DNA of 64,000 nt from a virus, in IMG/VR virus record IMGVR_UViG_3300028920_000002, positions 1 through 64,000 of that record; one strand, given 5' to 3'. The notes under the pieces were generated by a model, which ran no database searches, was not told where the DNA came from, and saw nothing but the letters and a program-made list of their open reading frames with translations. Positions within the stretch are counted from its first letter, which is position 1. The number at the start of each line of letters is the position of its first letter. The position numbers and the translations under genes were made by a program. Of this stretch, positions 45,047 to 55,228 are shown one piece after another.

Positions 45047-46528
45047 GTGGTTCTCTGGCACAAACTGGCTGCTTCGTCCGGGTCGGGATTACCCGACCCG
45101 ACGCAGTCCGAGGCCAATCTGGGTCAGGTGCCACCCGTGGCCATCGCGAACAAGCCGCCCCCGGGCCGCACGGGACCGCGGGGCTTGCAGCCACGTCAAA
45201 CGTACTCCCGCGTGAACACGGGGAGTCCACCGGTGCCTGATGCAGGAGCTTCGTCCCAGAAAGCCTCACCCCCTCGAGGGATGGAGTTCCTCCCGCAGAA
45301 GGTGGCTCACTCAGAGGAAGGTTTCATGAACAGCATGATGCGCAAGCCGCTTCTTCAGGACCTCGTCAAGGAGGCGATGGAGGGGACGGTTCAGAAGGTG
45401 AATGTCACGGCGGAAGCTCTCCGTCAGTTCGGTGGCTACCCGAACGACGAGGAACAGACCAAGACCGCGTCTGTCGAAGAGCCGTCAGTCCTGAATGGCG
45501 AGTTCGTGGAGAAGCTCGCCTCGGCGCTCGAGTACATCTCCGACGCGCTCGAGAAGGACGCCGCCAACCCCAACTCTCCCGACAACGCCTCCCCCGGCGT
45601 CGGACCTGGTCAGGGTCAGAACACCCTGCAGGTCATGAAGGCCGAGTCCAGCGAAGAGAACATCGACGCTGGCGAGGGTGGCAAGGCGGTGCCCAAGGAG
45701 CAGCCGCCCATGAACCCGTCGCTTCAGAGCGTCCCGGGTCAGAGTTCTGACCCATCCAACGCTCTCGAGAGCAACGACTCCATGATGCACGGCGAGCAGC
45801 CCGTCGAGCCCATCAGCAACGAGAAGGCCAGCATCAAGGCGGCCCAGGCCCTGTTCGAGAAGAACTTGGAGCGGCTCGGCCTGCCCAAGGAGGCATCTCG
45901 TACGCTCCAGGCGCCACCGCAGGCCAAGCTCGGCGGGGCCAACCAGGAGCTGCTCGCCAAGAACCTGGCGCGCCTCGGCTTCCAGAAGCAGGCTGAGGAT
46001 GCCATCAACCCGGCGCAAATCTCCGCCGGGCCCGCACCCGCGCAGGGCGCCGCTGCTCCTCCTGGAGTGAGCGAGGCGGAGAAGGGGCCCATCCCGGCCG
46101 AGCCCAGCGACGTCAACAGCCAGAAGCGCCTCATCGCTTCCAACGACGCGGCTATCAACTACAGCAAGCGCGACGCGAAGGCCGACCCGAAGAAGGACAT
46201 GGGCAATCTGTTGGCCGAGCCGATGCAGAGCAAGGCCACCGACAAGACCCTGAGCCGGGTCTGGGACCACACCGACCAGGCCGGCGCGAAGATTGCCGGC
46301 GACATGACCCGCACCGCCGCGGCTCGGGCTCTGCTCGCGAAGCTGGCCTCGAAGCAGGAGACCAAGACCGCCGAGGGTGAGAGCTGTGCCTCCGGCGAGG
46401 ACAAGGTCCGCAGTGCGGTCGCCAAGGCAGTCAAGGGCAAGGAGAAGGACTCGCAGGGTATGGGCGGACCGACCCCGACTCCCGAGGGCCACTCCGGTTT
46501 CCGGTCCGCTGACGTCGGCGGCATGTAG
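45047..46528 (+). CDS. Putative scaffold/core protein, disordered, many K-x-A sites
   Basis: HKLAA, QKVAH, TKTAS, EKLAS, PKEAS, QKQAE, AKIAG, AKLAS, TKTAE; second strong start at ATG 45327. Confidence 0.6.
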   Translation: MVLWHKLAASSGSGLPDPTQSEANLGQVPPVAIANKPPPGRTGPRGLQPRQTYSRVNTGSPPVPDAGASSQKASPPRGMEFLPQKVAHSEEGFMNSMMRKPLLQDLVKEAMEGTVQKVNVTAEALRQFGGYPNDEEQTKTASVEEPSVLNGEFVEKLASALEYISDALEKDAANPNSPDNASPGVGPGQGQNTLQVMKAESSEENIDAGEGGKAVPKEQPPMNPSLQSVPGQSSDPSNALESNDSMMHGEQPVEPISNEKASIKAAQALFEKNLERLGLPKEASRTLQAPPQAKLGGANQELLAKNLARLGFQKQAEDAINPAQISAGPAPAQGAAAPPGVSEAEKGPIPAEPSDVNSQKRLIASNDAAINYSKRDAKADPKKDMGNLLAEPMQSKATDKTLSRVWDHTDQAGAKIAGDMTRTAAARALLAKLASKQETKTAEGESCASGEDKVRSAVAKAVKGKEKDSQGMGGPTPTPEGHSGFRSADVGGM

Positions 46529-46536
46529 GAGCCATC

Positions 46537-46923
46537 ATGAACGACCAGGAAAAGCAGAAGGTTGCGCAGGTCCTCAAGGACGCCGCCGCCGGCATGCGTC
46601 AGCTCCAGGCGGAGCGAGATGCGGCCATCACCATGGCGGCCAGCCACCAGGAGAAGCTGGCCACCATCGAACGTCGGCTCATGGCCGAGAAGGTCGCTGC
46701 GGAGATGCACCGTAAGGGTCTCCGCACCGACGAGAACTTCAGCGACCTCGCAGACGACCTAGAAAAGGCCGCTGCCGAGGGCAAGCTGGCGACGATTCAG
46801 GAAGCGGTGGACATGGTGGCACCAGACATGGGCATCAAGACCGCCTCCATCAACCACGACACGGCGCAGGCCGGCTCGGGCACCTCGGAGCTCGAAGCCT
46901 TCCTCGTCGGGCAAGTCGGCTAG
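46537..46923 (+). CDS. Putative scaffolding protein
   Basis: Coiled coil, C-terminal SELEAFLVG helix, between protease and MCP. Confidence 0.55.
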   Translation: MNDQEKQKVAQVLKDAAAGMRQLQAERDAAITMAASHQEKLATIERRLMAEKVAAEMHRKGLRTDENFSDLADDLEKAAAEGKLATIQEAVDMVAPDMGIKTASINHDTAQAGSGTSELEAFLVGQVG

Positions 46924-46974
46924 TCCGACGAGGACCATTCAAGGAGTCCTTCCCCAGGAAAGCAGGAGACAATC

Positions 46975-47520
46975 ATGAGCACCATCCAGAAGGTCAACTT
47001 CGAGAACGTCTCGAACATGATGCAGGTCCAGACGCGGGACTTCGAGCTGGCGGCTGCGCAGAAGGTCATCGTCAACCCGCTCAACGCCAACGCGCTCATC
47101 GACGGCGAGTGGATGAACTTCGACAGCACCGGCAAGCTCGTCCGCGCCGTGGACATCAGCGGAGCAGAGGGCACGGCAGCCACCGCCATCAGCTGGCCGG
47201 CATGGGGCGAGCGGGGGCGTACCGACTGGCAGGCTCTCGGCGGCCGGAAGATTCCGCTGCTGTGGCTCGGCCCGTGGGAGTTCGACACCCGCGTGTTCAA
47301 GGCCACCGGCGTCGGCGCGCTCACGGACATCACCGCCATCGGCCAGGCCGTTCAGGTCGCGGTCATCGACATCGGCGGTACGAAGTACGCCGGCCTCGCT
47401 GGACACGACGGTGGCCCGCAGGTGGGTGGCACCGACACAGGCATCATCGTGGCGCGCGTCGTGCGCCTCCCGGCCAACAACGGCGGCAAGCTGCGGATTC
47501 GCGGAGGCATGCTGTACTGA
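46975..47520 (+). CDS. Putative capsid decoration/cement protein
   Basis: 181 aa beta-rich ORF with AGGAG RBS directly before MCP. Confidence 0.55.
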   Translation: MSTIQKVNFENVSNMMQVQTRDFELAAAQKVIVNPLNANALIDGEWMNFDSTGKLVRAVDISGAEGTAATAISWPAWGERGRTDWQALGGRKIPLLWLGPWEFDTRVFKATGVGALTDITAIGQAVQVAVIDIGGTKYAGLAGHDGGPQVGGTDTGIIVARVVRLPANNGGKLRIRGGMLY

Positions 47521-47576
47521 GCAGCGCGCCTTCCTAACCTCTCTGGCCACCAAGGACTGAACCAAGGAGAACCATC

Positions 47577-48704
47577 ATGAGCAGCGTCGTTTCACCGCGA
47601 ATGCTGAACGACCTCTTCGCGCAGAAGCTGAACACGCAGGAGGGCAAGGAAAAGATTGCCCAGTACGGCGGCAGCTACATCCGCGACCGGCTACGCGAGG
47701 TCAGCTTCGCACGCAAGATTCTTCCGCCGGAGCAGGTCACGCGCAACGACTGCCAGCGGTCCACGAACCACGACACCCTCGTGAAAATCGTGGACATCGA
47801 GCCGCAGTCCCGCGCGATGGCCATCACGTTCCGGGGGCAGCCCTCCGCCCGCTTCATCCGCGCGCCCCGCGCGGAGTGCGCGTTCTTCACCATCAGCTCG
47901 GAAATCTTCCAGAAGACCGAGCAGGAACTGCTGGCCTACGAGATGCCCATCACCAAGGTCATCGAGGAGAACAGCGTGAAGGACATCCAGGAAATCGAGG
48001 ACCGCGAGTTCCTGCTGCACATCGAAGCGGCCGTGCAAGCCCTGCAGACCGAGGCCAATGGCGGGACGCCGACGGCGCTCAACAACACGGCCATCGGCAC
48101 GACGGTCGAGTTCAGCGTCCGCAAGGGCGAGCTGGCTCGGGCGTCCGGCGTGGGCGACGACGCCGTGGTGCGGCCCATCCAGCGGGTGGACATCGTCAAC
48201 CTGTTCAAGATGCTGGACGGGAATCGGCTGCGCGCCGAGCGCATGCTGATGACCGAGGTCGACTACGACGACATCCTTCAGTGGACCGTCGAGGACCAGG
48301 GCGACCGCATCCAGTCGGAGACCACGGTCGACGGCTACAAGTACAACACGCTGCTCGGGCGTGCGTACATCCGCACCATCAAGACGGACCTGCTTCGACC
48401 GGGCAACGTCTACATCTTCACCGCTCCGCAGTTCTTCGGCCGGTTCTTCATCCTGAACCAGACCAAGTTCTACATCGACAAGGTCGCCAACCTCATCTCC
48501 TGGCAAGCCTGGGAGGACATCGGCATGCTGGTGGCCAACATCGCGTCGGTGCGGAAGATGGAGCTGTACTCGGCGGACGCCAACCCGTCCACCGACGCCG
48601 ACAGCCTCCTCGCCAACTTCATTCCGAAGGAGGAGGAAGAACTGGGAGCGGTCAACAACCGCGTCGACTCGGGACTCAAGTTCCCGCAGGTCGTCCAGTT
48701 CTAG
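47577..48704 (+). CDS. Major capsid protein (HK97 fold)
   Basis: IRDRLREVSFARKILPP, strongly biased codons, AAGGAG RBS, followed by a terminator, follows protease/scaffold. Confidence 0.82.
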   Translation: MSSVVSPRMLNDLFAQKLNTQEGKEKIAQYGGSYIRDRLREVSFARKILPPEQVTRNDCQRSTNHDTLVKIVDIEPQSRAMAITFRGQPSARFIRAPRAECAFFTISSEIFQKTEQELLAYEMPITKVIEENSVKDIQEIEDREFLLHIEAAVQALQTEANGGTPTALNNTAIGTTVEFSVRKGELARASGVGDDAVVRPIQRVDIVNLFKMLDGNRLRAERMLMTEVDYDDILQWTVEDQGDRIQSETTVDGYKYNTLLGRAYIRTIKTDLLRPGNVYIFTAPQFFGRFFILNQTKFYIDKVANLISWQAWEDIGMLVANIASVRKMELYSADANPSTDADSLLANFIPKEEEELGAVNNRVDSGLKFPQVVQF

Positions 48705-48735
48705 TCGCAGTTCCGCCCTTGGTCGGCCCGGAGTT

Positions 48736-48772
48736 GGGCGCCGGCGCCTCCGGTGTGTCGGCGCCCTTCTTC
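48736..48772 (+). terminator. Intrinsic terminator after MCP
   Basis: GGGCGCCGGCGC-loop-GTGTCGGCGCCC then ttcttc. Confidence 0.65.
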
Positions 48773-48812
48773 GTATGGGCCGTAGGGGCCAACCTCAACA
48801 GGAGAACAGACC

Positions 48813-49325
48813 GTGGCCGCCAAGAAGAAGCCCGAGTTCTACCAGATTCGTTCGGCCGTTCGTACGCTCGACACGCGAGTGCAGCGCGTCACGTCACCGG
48901 CCCGGCACCGCTTCACCTACATGTTGGGTGGTGGGCTGGTCCGCCTGACCCGCAAGCGCCCGGCCACTGTGTCGGCGGACGTGCTTCAGAAGCTCCTGCC
49001 TGAGCTCAAGGACAAGGAGCAGCAGGGCATTCTCGTCGTCACCAACGCTGCGGGCGAGCGGCTCGACCTCAACAGCCTCAAGGTGGTGAGCAAGCCGGCT
49101 CCGGCTTCGCCGCTGCCCAACATCCAGCCCGACTCTATCGCCAACGACAAGAACGAGGGCATCGGCAAGCCGATGGCACCCGAGGAGGGCGCACTGCCTG
49201 AGGGAGCCGTCGTGCCCGCTCCGGTGGTCACCCGACCGGACCGCATTCCCGAGGGCATTGAAGAGCCTGACGGAGCCCCCGAAGTCGTCGAGAAGAAGAA
49301 GGGCGGTCGCCGGAAGAAGGGCTGA
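48813..49325 (+). CDS. Hypothetical protein after MCP
   Basis: AGGAG RBS; basic termini, Pro-rich C-terminal half. Confidence 0.7.
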   Translation: MAAKKKPEFYQIRSAVRTLDTRVQRVTSPARHRFTYMLGGGLVRLTRKRPATVSADVLQKLLPELKDKEQQGILVVTNAAGERLDLNSLKVVSKPAPASPLPNIQPDSIANDKNEGIGKPMAPEEGALPEGAVVPAPVVTRPDRIPEGIEEPDGAPEVVEKKKGGRRKKG

Positions 49326-49834
49326 TGTCAGAAGCGCTGCAAGGTGTGGAGAGCGCAACGCCCACTCTACGGGCGTTCGTACATACCGTGCGCCTCTACA
49401 TGAGGGATTTCCCTGAGCTCAACCGGCTCATCGCAGGCGAGGAGAGCACCGACCGGATGATTGGCTGGGCGGTGCTCGACGCGCTCAATGCGTTCAACGG
49501 CACTCCACACGTCACCAACCTGACCCTCGAAGAACTGTTCGCGCGCAACCAGCAGCATCTGATGTTGCGCATGACGGTGATATCGCTCGTCGAGTCGGTG
49601 GGCCTCCTGCAGACGCGCAACCACATCAACTACTCCACCGGTGGCATCAACGTCGGCGTGAACGACAAGACGCCGCTTCTCATGAACTGGCTACAGTACT
49701 TCAAGTCCTACACCGACCAGCTCAAGCAGCAGGTCAAAGTGAGCTTGAACATCGAGGGCATTCTGGGCTCGGACCAAGTGGGTGCCCATAGTGAGTACTG
49801 GGCCGCGAATCTCTCCTACCTCTCGTACTACTGA
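49325..49834 (+). CDS. Putative head-tail adaptor (neck)
   Basis: Helical protein, position after MCP, RNHINYSTGG motif typical of adaptors. Confidence 0.55.
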   Translation: MSEALQGVESATPTLRAFVHTVRLYMRDFPELNRLIAGEESTDRMIGWAVLDALNAFNGTPHVTNLTLEELFARNQQHLMLRMTVISLVESVGLLQTRNHINYSTGGINVGVNDKTPLLMNWLQYFKSYTDQLKQQVKVSLNIEGILGSDQVGAHSEYWAANLSYLSYY

Positions 49835-49840
49835 GGCGTC

Positions 49841-50302
49841 ATGGCGGCTCTCTACACGCGCAAGTTCGGCAAGCTCGAGGACATGCAGCTCTTTCTGCAG
49901 GGCGGCATTCGCGGCGGCAAGAAGGTCGTTCAGCTCGACGGTAAGGTCTTTGGTCTGCACGGCAAGACGCTCGTGTTCAACACCCCGACTGGCACGGTCA
50001 CGTTCGCTGATGCTACCAACGCCGGCCTTACCTACAAGCAAATCGTCGACGAGATTGCCGCTGACGTGACCACTGTCGTGGGTAGATTCGACGGTGATGG
50101 TCGCCTCACCATCTTGGACGCCGACCTCAGCGGCCCCATCGACCTCGACGTTACCGGCACGGCCAACAAAGCTCTAGGCTTCAGTACGGTCAATGACACA
50201 GTCGGAACGCTCTACGCCGCGCCGGATGGTTCGGCTCCACGACTCGTCACCATGGGAGGCAACTCTCAGGGTGATGGCTACCACGTTGTGACGGAGGAGT
50301 GA
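49841..50302 (+). CDS. Virion protein resembling the sheath insertion domains
   Basis: GLTYKQIVDEIAA..DGRLTIL..GTANKALGF. Confidence 0.55.
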   Translation: MAALYTRKFGKLEDMQLFLQGGIRGGKKVVQLDGKVFGLHGKTLVFNTPTGTVTFADATNAGLTYKQIVDEIAADVTTVVGRFDGDGRLTILDADLSGPIDLDVTGTANKALGFSTVNDTVGTLYAAPDGSAPRLVTMGGNSQGDGYHVVTEE

Positions 50303-52236
50303 TGTCACGCATCGAAGACGCATTGAGACGGGACATCCCTCTGCATGTGGCGGCAGAGTACTTCTCCATGGTGAAGCAGGCTCGTGAGCTCACGATGAAG
50401 GGACGCGAGCAAATCAAGGAGAAGAACTTCGCCATTCCGAAGGGTGATGGGCCAGGAGATACTGGCAAGTACCCCATCCACGATGAGCGCCATGCGAAGA
50501 CCGCGCTCACCTATGTGGAGCAGCACGGCACGCCGGCGGAGAAGGCCAAGGTCTACTCGGCAGTGGCGAAGAAGTACCCAGGTCTCAGCCGCGAATCGAG
50601 CGTTCCTGCACTGCGAGAGAAGGCTCAGGAGAAGAAGGCCGCGGAGGAGAAGAAGGCGCCTATCAAGACGATGCACCCCGGAATCTCGGCGGCCATCGGC
50701 GCGGGTGGTGGTCAGGGAGTTCCTGACCTTGCGGCTGCTGCCTATCAGAAGATGAAGGGCAAGTCGGTTCGTGGAGCCGGCGTCAAGTCCCGCCTCGTAG
50801 GTGGCGCCATCGGTGCAGCTACGTTGGGAGCTGCCGGGTTGGCTGCACGTCGGCAGGAGAAGAAGCATCAGAAGCAGGAGAAGACGGCGGCCGATGAGTC
50901 CGACTCCGAACTGCGAGAGAAGGGACGACAGCGCGCTGTCTCCAGCATGGCCGCCGAGTTCGAGCGGGAGAAGTCCCGTCGGGCAGAGCGCGCCGGCGGC
51001 GCCCTGGGCGCCCTGGGTGGAGCTGCAGCAGGGGCGTTGGCTGGTAAGAAGCTCGTGGGTGGCAAGCTCGGGACGCTTGGTGGGGCGGCTCTCGGTTTGA
51101 CCACCGGGCGGCAGGCCGGCAAGGAGGTCGGCACCGAGGTCGACATCAAGCGGCACGAGAAGACCGCGGCGCTCAGATTCGATGAGGCGGCAGAGGCGCA
51201 GCTGCGCCCCATCGAGGCCGACACGCGTAAGGGTATGGGCAAGCTCTTCCGAGATGCTGGCATCGTGCGTGGGGCCGTACCCTCCGCTCTGGTCAGCGGG
51301 CTGGGAAGCGCTGCCCTCACCGCCGGAATGGGTGGTGGACTACGCGGGGCAGGCCGCGCCGCCGGCGCTGGCGCCCTCGGCGGGCTCGTCTTGGGCGGTC
51401 TCGGCGGTGCTCTGGCCGGGCAGGCCAAGGGGCAGGAGGCAGCCGAGCGCCTCAACGAGATGCGCCGCAACGCCGTCCTGGGGCGGGCCATCCAACAGCA
51501 GGCAGCTGCGCCTCCGCCGGAGGCAGTTCAGGAGCCGGTGAAGGCCGCTGCTGCCCGCATGAAGTTCAAGCTGGCCGCCACCAAGCTGGCCGACGACGGT
51601 GCCATGGGCCAGGAGGCCCCCATGACCTCCCCGACCGCGCCTGAGCTGCAGCCCCAGAACTATCTGGCGGCCGAGCAGATTGGCCAGCAGGCCCAGGACG
51701 CGACCGAGATGGCCTACTACAAGGAGCAGGCCCGTCAGGCTCAGCAGCAGGCGGCCATGGCCTCTCAGCAGGCCGAGGCGACGGCCGCTGCCTCCGCCGA
51801 GGGCCAGGCGCAGGCCCAGCAGCTCCAGCAGCAGGCGATGATGGCTCAGGATGAGGCCACCAAGCAGACCCAGGTGGCCGCCCAGCTACGCATCGCCCTG
51901 CAGGCCCAGCGGGCCAAGCTCATGGACGTGGTGAGCCAAGACCCGACTGAGGCCCTGGCCGCCGAGATTGGGCAGGGGCCGGCGCCGGCGGTGCCGCCGG
52001 GGGCCGAGGAGGCGGGGGCCGCCGCGGGCGCTCCACCGCCGCCCGAGGCCGGTATGCCCCAGCCTCCGCCTTCGGCCGCCGCCGCCAAGGAGATGGAGGA
52101 GGCCGCCCGCGCCCAGAACGACGCCGCCGAGCAGACCGCTCAGGCCGAGGGAGCCGCCCAGGGTGGCCCCGCTGCCGCCCCACCGCCCGGAGGCCCCGCC
52201 GGGCCGCCCGGCGCCGCCCCACCTGCAGGACCGTAG
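50299..52236 (+). CDS. Modular K-x-A-punctuated protein: DUF6582-like domain, three glycine zippers, Gln coil, Pro tail
   Basis: KNFAIP..KYPIHDERHAKTAL; modules separated by EKKAA, EKTAA (twice), VKAAA, FKLAA, TKLAD. Confidence 0.7.
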   Translation: MMSRIEDALRRDIPLHVAAEYFSMVKQARELTMKGREQIKEKNFAIPKGDGPGDTGKYPIHDERHAKTALTYVEQHGTPAEKAKVYSAVAKKYPGLSRESSVPALREKAQEKKAAEEKKAPIKTMHPGISAAIGAGGGQGVPDLAAAAYQKMKGKSVRGAGVKSRLVGGAIGAATLGAAGLAARRQEKKHQKQEKTAADESDSELREKGRQRAVSSMAAEFEREKSRRAERAGGALGALGGAAAGALAGKKLVGGKLGTLGGAALGLTTGRQAGKEVGTEVDIKRHEKTAALRFDEAAEAQLRPIEADTRKGMGKLFRDAGIVRGAVPSALVSGLGSAALTAGMGGGLRGAGRAAGAGALGGLVLGGLGGALAGQAKGQEAAERLNEMRRNAVLGRAIQQQAAAPPPEAVQEPVKAAAARMKFKLAATKLADDGAMGQEAPMTSPTAPELQPQNYLAAEQIGQQAQDATEMAYYKEQARQAQQQAAMASQQAEATAAASAEGQAQAQQLQQQAMMAQDEATKQTQVAAQLRIALQAQRAKLMDVVSQDPTEALAAEIGQGPAPAVPPGAEEAGAAAGAPPPPEAGMPQPPPSAAAAKEMEEAARAQNDAAEQTAQAEGAAQGGPAAAPPPGGPAGPPGAAPPAGP

Positions 52237-52249
52237 CTAGGAGCCAGTC

Positions 52250-53956
52250 ATGTTGGACCAATTCCTCGAGGTCGCCTACGAGGCACAGCAGAAGAAGGAA
52301 GCTCAGGCCGAGATGGTCGAGGGCTTCAAGAACCTCCCCGAGCGGGAGCTGTTCAAGCTGGCCACCGGTCAGACCAAGCTCGCCATGTACGACGGGGACG
52401 ACTGGCTCGAGAAGTACAAGGACACGGAGCTCTACCCCGAGGCCCTACAGCTCGAGCAGCAGTGCCTGCAGGCCAAGATTCAGCAGGAGCAGAAGCGCTT
52501 GGCCGAGCAGGAGGAGCGGGACTCCAAGCGCGAGGAGCAAGATGAGGAGTGGCGCGCGATGGACGCCATCCGCCTGAAGAAGCGCATCCTCGACCTCAAG
52601 CTCAATCAGGCAGAGCTCGCAGCTCTCGGCTCAGAAGGCGGAGAGGCCGGCGAGGAAGAGGAGTCTGAGGAGGAAGAGGCCGAAGAGGAGGCCGAGGAGC
52701 CTGAGGCTGAAGAGGGCGAGGAAGAAGCCGAGGCCGACAACGCCGCAGTGGCAGCTGATGAGAAGGCTGCTTCAGACATGAAGACTGCAGTGTCTATTGA
52801 TTGGGTGCGTCGCGGCGCTAGGAGTGGTGCCAAGCAAAGGACTCTGAAGGGGGAGGGTGAGAAGCTAGTTCAGTCCATCCGCAAAGCTCGAGCGCCGTCG
52901 CCCAAGAGGCAGGCGGCTAGCAAGGGTCTAGCTGAAGGCATGGTAGAGGCTGCCCGAACCAAGAAGGCGTCAGCGGCTCTCACGAAGGTCGCTCAGCCTC
53001 CGGCGGCGCAATCCATGAACCCCATCAAGGCTCGGCGGGTTGTCCAGCCTCAGCTGGAGGACGTGGCTCTCGACATGGACCTGCCCGAAACCTACACGCC
53101 ACAGGACGTAGAGGCCGGCGGTGCGCTGCTCGGTGAGAACATCGCAGCTCAGCGGGGAAAGCTCCAAGAGCAGGCTCAGTACGCCCAAGAGCATCCGGTG
53201 ATGAACAAGCTGAAGGGCGCGGTGCCCGGCGCTGTGATTGGCGGGGTGGGCGGTGGCCTAATCGGTGCAAGTACGGGAGGTACGGGCAAGCAGATGTTGG
53301 CTCGGGGAGCCATCGGTGCTGGCCTCGGCGCGCTCGGCATGGGAGGAATCACCGCTGCCGCCACTCCCGGCGCCGCGAAGCGTCAGGAGACGGCGGGTGA
53401 GTACGAGGCTGCTGAGCAGGCGCTCACGCCAGAGCTGCGGCAGGCCCTGGTAGAGCGTGAGCTCAAGGATTGGGGAGCTGAGCAGGCGCACAACCGGGCT
53501 CTTGCTTTGGCAGAGGCTCGAGCACCTCGTACGAACATCTCGCAGACGACGCGCAACGTCATGCGTCCGCCGTACGCTGCGGAGGATGAGGACGAAGGGG
53601 ACTACCGGTATGCGTCCGCTCAGCTCAAGCTCGCGGCGGCGAAGATTCGCATGCGCCAAGAGATGGAGAAGGAGGCGTGGGGCCCGGTGCTGGCGGCGAT
53701 GGGCAAGGGCCTGCAGGGCATGGGGCAGTTCGCTGCCAAATCCGGCCGTCAACTCGGTGGTGCCATCAGCCGTGGCGCCAAGGCAGGTACGGTAGCGCCG
53801 GTAGGCCGCACCCTGGGTAGGCAGGCGCAGGCTGGAATGATGCGCGCAGGCCAGTGGGCGGCGAAGAATCCCAAGGCTGCCCTAGGTATTGCTGGCGCCG
53901 GCGCGCTGGGCGTTGGTGGTCTGGGGTACATGGCAGGCCGCGGCTCCAACCAGTAG
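52250..53956 (+). CDS. Modular K-x-A-punctuated protein: acidic coil, basic module, glycine zippers
   Basis: FKLAT, TKLAM, EKAAS, MKTAV, KKASA, TKVAQ, LKLAA, EKEAW. Confidence 0.7.
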   Translation: MLDQFLEVAYEAQQKKEAQAEMVEGFKNLPERELFKLATGQTKLAMYDGDDWLEKYKDTELYPEALQLEQQCLQAKIQQEQKRLAEQEERDSKREEQDEEWRAMDAIRLKKRILDLKLNQAELAALGSEGGEAGEEEESEEEEAEEEAEEPEAEEGEEEAEADNAAVAADEKAASDMKTAVSIDWVRRGARSGAKQRTLKGEGEKLVQSIRKARAPSPKRQAASKGLAEGMVEAARTKKASAALTKVAQPPAAQSMNPIKARRVVQPQLEDVALDMDLPETYTPQDVEAGGALLGENIAAQRGKLQEQAQYAQEHPVMNKLKGAVPGAVIGGVGGGLIGASTGGTGKQMLARGAIGAGLGALGMGGITAAATPGAAKRQETAGEYEAAEQALTPELRQALVERELKDWGAEQAHNRALALAEARAPRTNISQTTRNVMRPPYAAEDEDEGDYRYASAQLKLAAAKIRMRQEMEKEAWGPVLAAMGKGLQGMGQFAAKSGRQLGGAISRGAKAGTVAPVGRTLGRQAQAGMMRAGQWAAKNPKAALGIAGAGALGVGGLGYMAGRGSNQ

Positions 53957-53969
53957 GAGATGCATTTGA

Positions 53970-54860
53970 GTGCCCTGCCTGAAGGTCATCAACATCAAGG
54001 TTCGGTCTCTGTCGGTCGAGTACAACGAGGTCTCTTGGGAACTCGAGCCGACCAGCGAAGACGCCCTTGACTACACCTTCGAGGTGTTGAGGTCCGAAGG
54101 ACCTGAGGGACCTTTTGCGCCAGTTGCTCCTCCATTCGACGACCAGTACATCTTCGTCGACAACATCATCAAGAGCGCGAATCGACACCGTCAGTACTTC
54201 TACAAGGTGCGAATCACCAGCAAAATGTCTGGTGATTCCGAGGAGTTCGGACCTGCATCTCTCGGCGCAGATGCAGAGCTGGTGACGATTGAACTGCGCA
54301 CTCACATGAACCTCTTGTTCAAGGAGTACGCGGGTCGGTTGTGCTGGCTGCTGCCGGTGCGCACCTTCGGGCAGCGCTGCACGTGCTTCAACGAGACGCT
54401 GCAGCGTCGCACGCGTTCTGGCTGCCGTACCTGCTACGACACCGGCTTCGTCCGTGGGTACATGCACCCCATCGAGTTCTGGGCGCAGTTCGACCCCAGC
54501 CCCAAGGCAGAGCAGGAGACCAGCCTCGGTAAGCTCGAGCAGAGCAACACCACCCTACGCTTCGGCTATTGGCCACCGGCCAAGCCTGGCGACCTCATCA
54601 TCGAGAGCGAGAATCGACGGTGGAGAGTGGTGCAGGTCAGCTCGACGCAGCACAATCGAAGCGTGGTCCATCAGGAAGTCCAGGTCCACGAGGTTCCCAA
54701 GAGCGACATCGAGTACCTCATTGAGCTGCAGCTCGATAAGGCGCTGCGCGACATCACGAGCTCGCCCCCACGCAACTTCACCAACCCACACAACCTCGAA
54801 GCTTTCGAGGACGAGCACATCCCAGCCATCTACGACCTCTACTCCGGGTGCAGCCGATGA
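53970..54860 (+). CDS. Putative head-closure/neck protein
   Basis: N-terminal beta-sandwich, GQRCTC..CRTCYDTGF, GDLIIE..RWRV; position in the neck module. Confidence 0.6.
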   Translation: MPCLKVINIKVRSLSVEYNEVSWELEPTSEDALDYTFEVLRSEGPEGPFAPVAPPFDDQYIFVDNIIKSANRHRQYFYKVRITSKMSGDSEEFGPASLGADAELVTIELRTHMNLLFKEYAGRLCWLLPVRTFGQRCTCFNETLQRRTRSGCRTCYDTGFVRGYMHPIEFWAQFDPSPKAEQETSLGKLEQSNTTLRFGYWPPAKPGDLIIESENRRWRVVQVSSTQHNRSVVHQEVQVHEVPKSDIEYLIELQLDKALRDITSSPPRNFTNPHNLEAFEDEHIPAIYDLYSGCSR

Positions 54861-55228
54861 CTGCGTCAGTTCAGTACAGCGCTATGGCTGATGAGCTCAC
54901 CAAGATAGCTCAGCAGCCACAGGATGCAGCATCGAGTCCGCTTGAGGAGCAGAAACTTCCTCCGCACCCGGCACTCACCGCTGGTAAGGGAGCTCTGGGC
55001 TTCGGCGCCGGTCTGGGAGCTGGCTACCTGGGAGCGAAGGGGCTCGACCTGGCCATGGGTGGCCCAGGCAAACTGGCACCATGGGGGCTCAAGGCGGCGC
55101 CTGTACTCACCGGTCTTGGCGGACTGGCCTACATGCACTCTCAGGGCGTCACGCTCGACAAGATGCGCGAGGACGCTGCTGTGCGCCGGCGCATGAAGGA
55201 GGCTCAGCGTGGTCGCGTCAATTCCTGA
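54857..55228 (+). CDS. Small glycine-zipper protein with DELTKIA leader
   Basis: AMADELTKIAQ; GALGFGAGLGAGYLG. Confidence 0.65.
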   Translation: MTASVQYSAMADELTKIAQQPQDAASSPLEEQKLPPHPALTAGKGALGFGAGLGAGYLGAKGLDLAMGGPGKLAPWGLKAAPVLTGLGGLAYMHSQGVTLDKMREDAAVRRRMKEAQRGRVNS

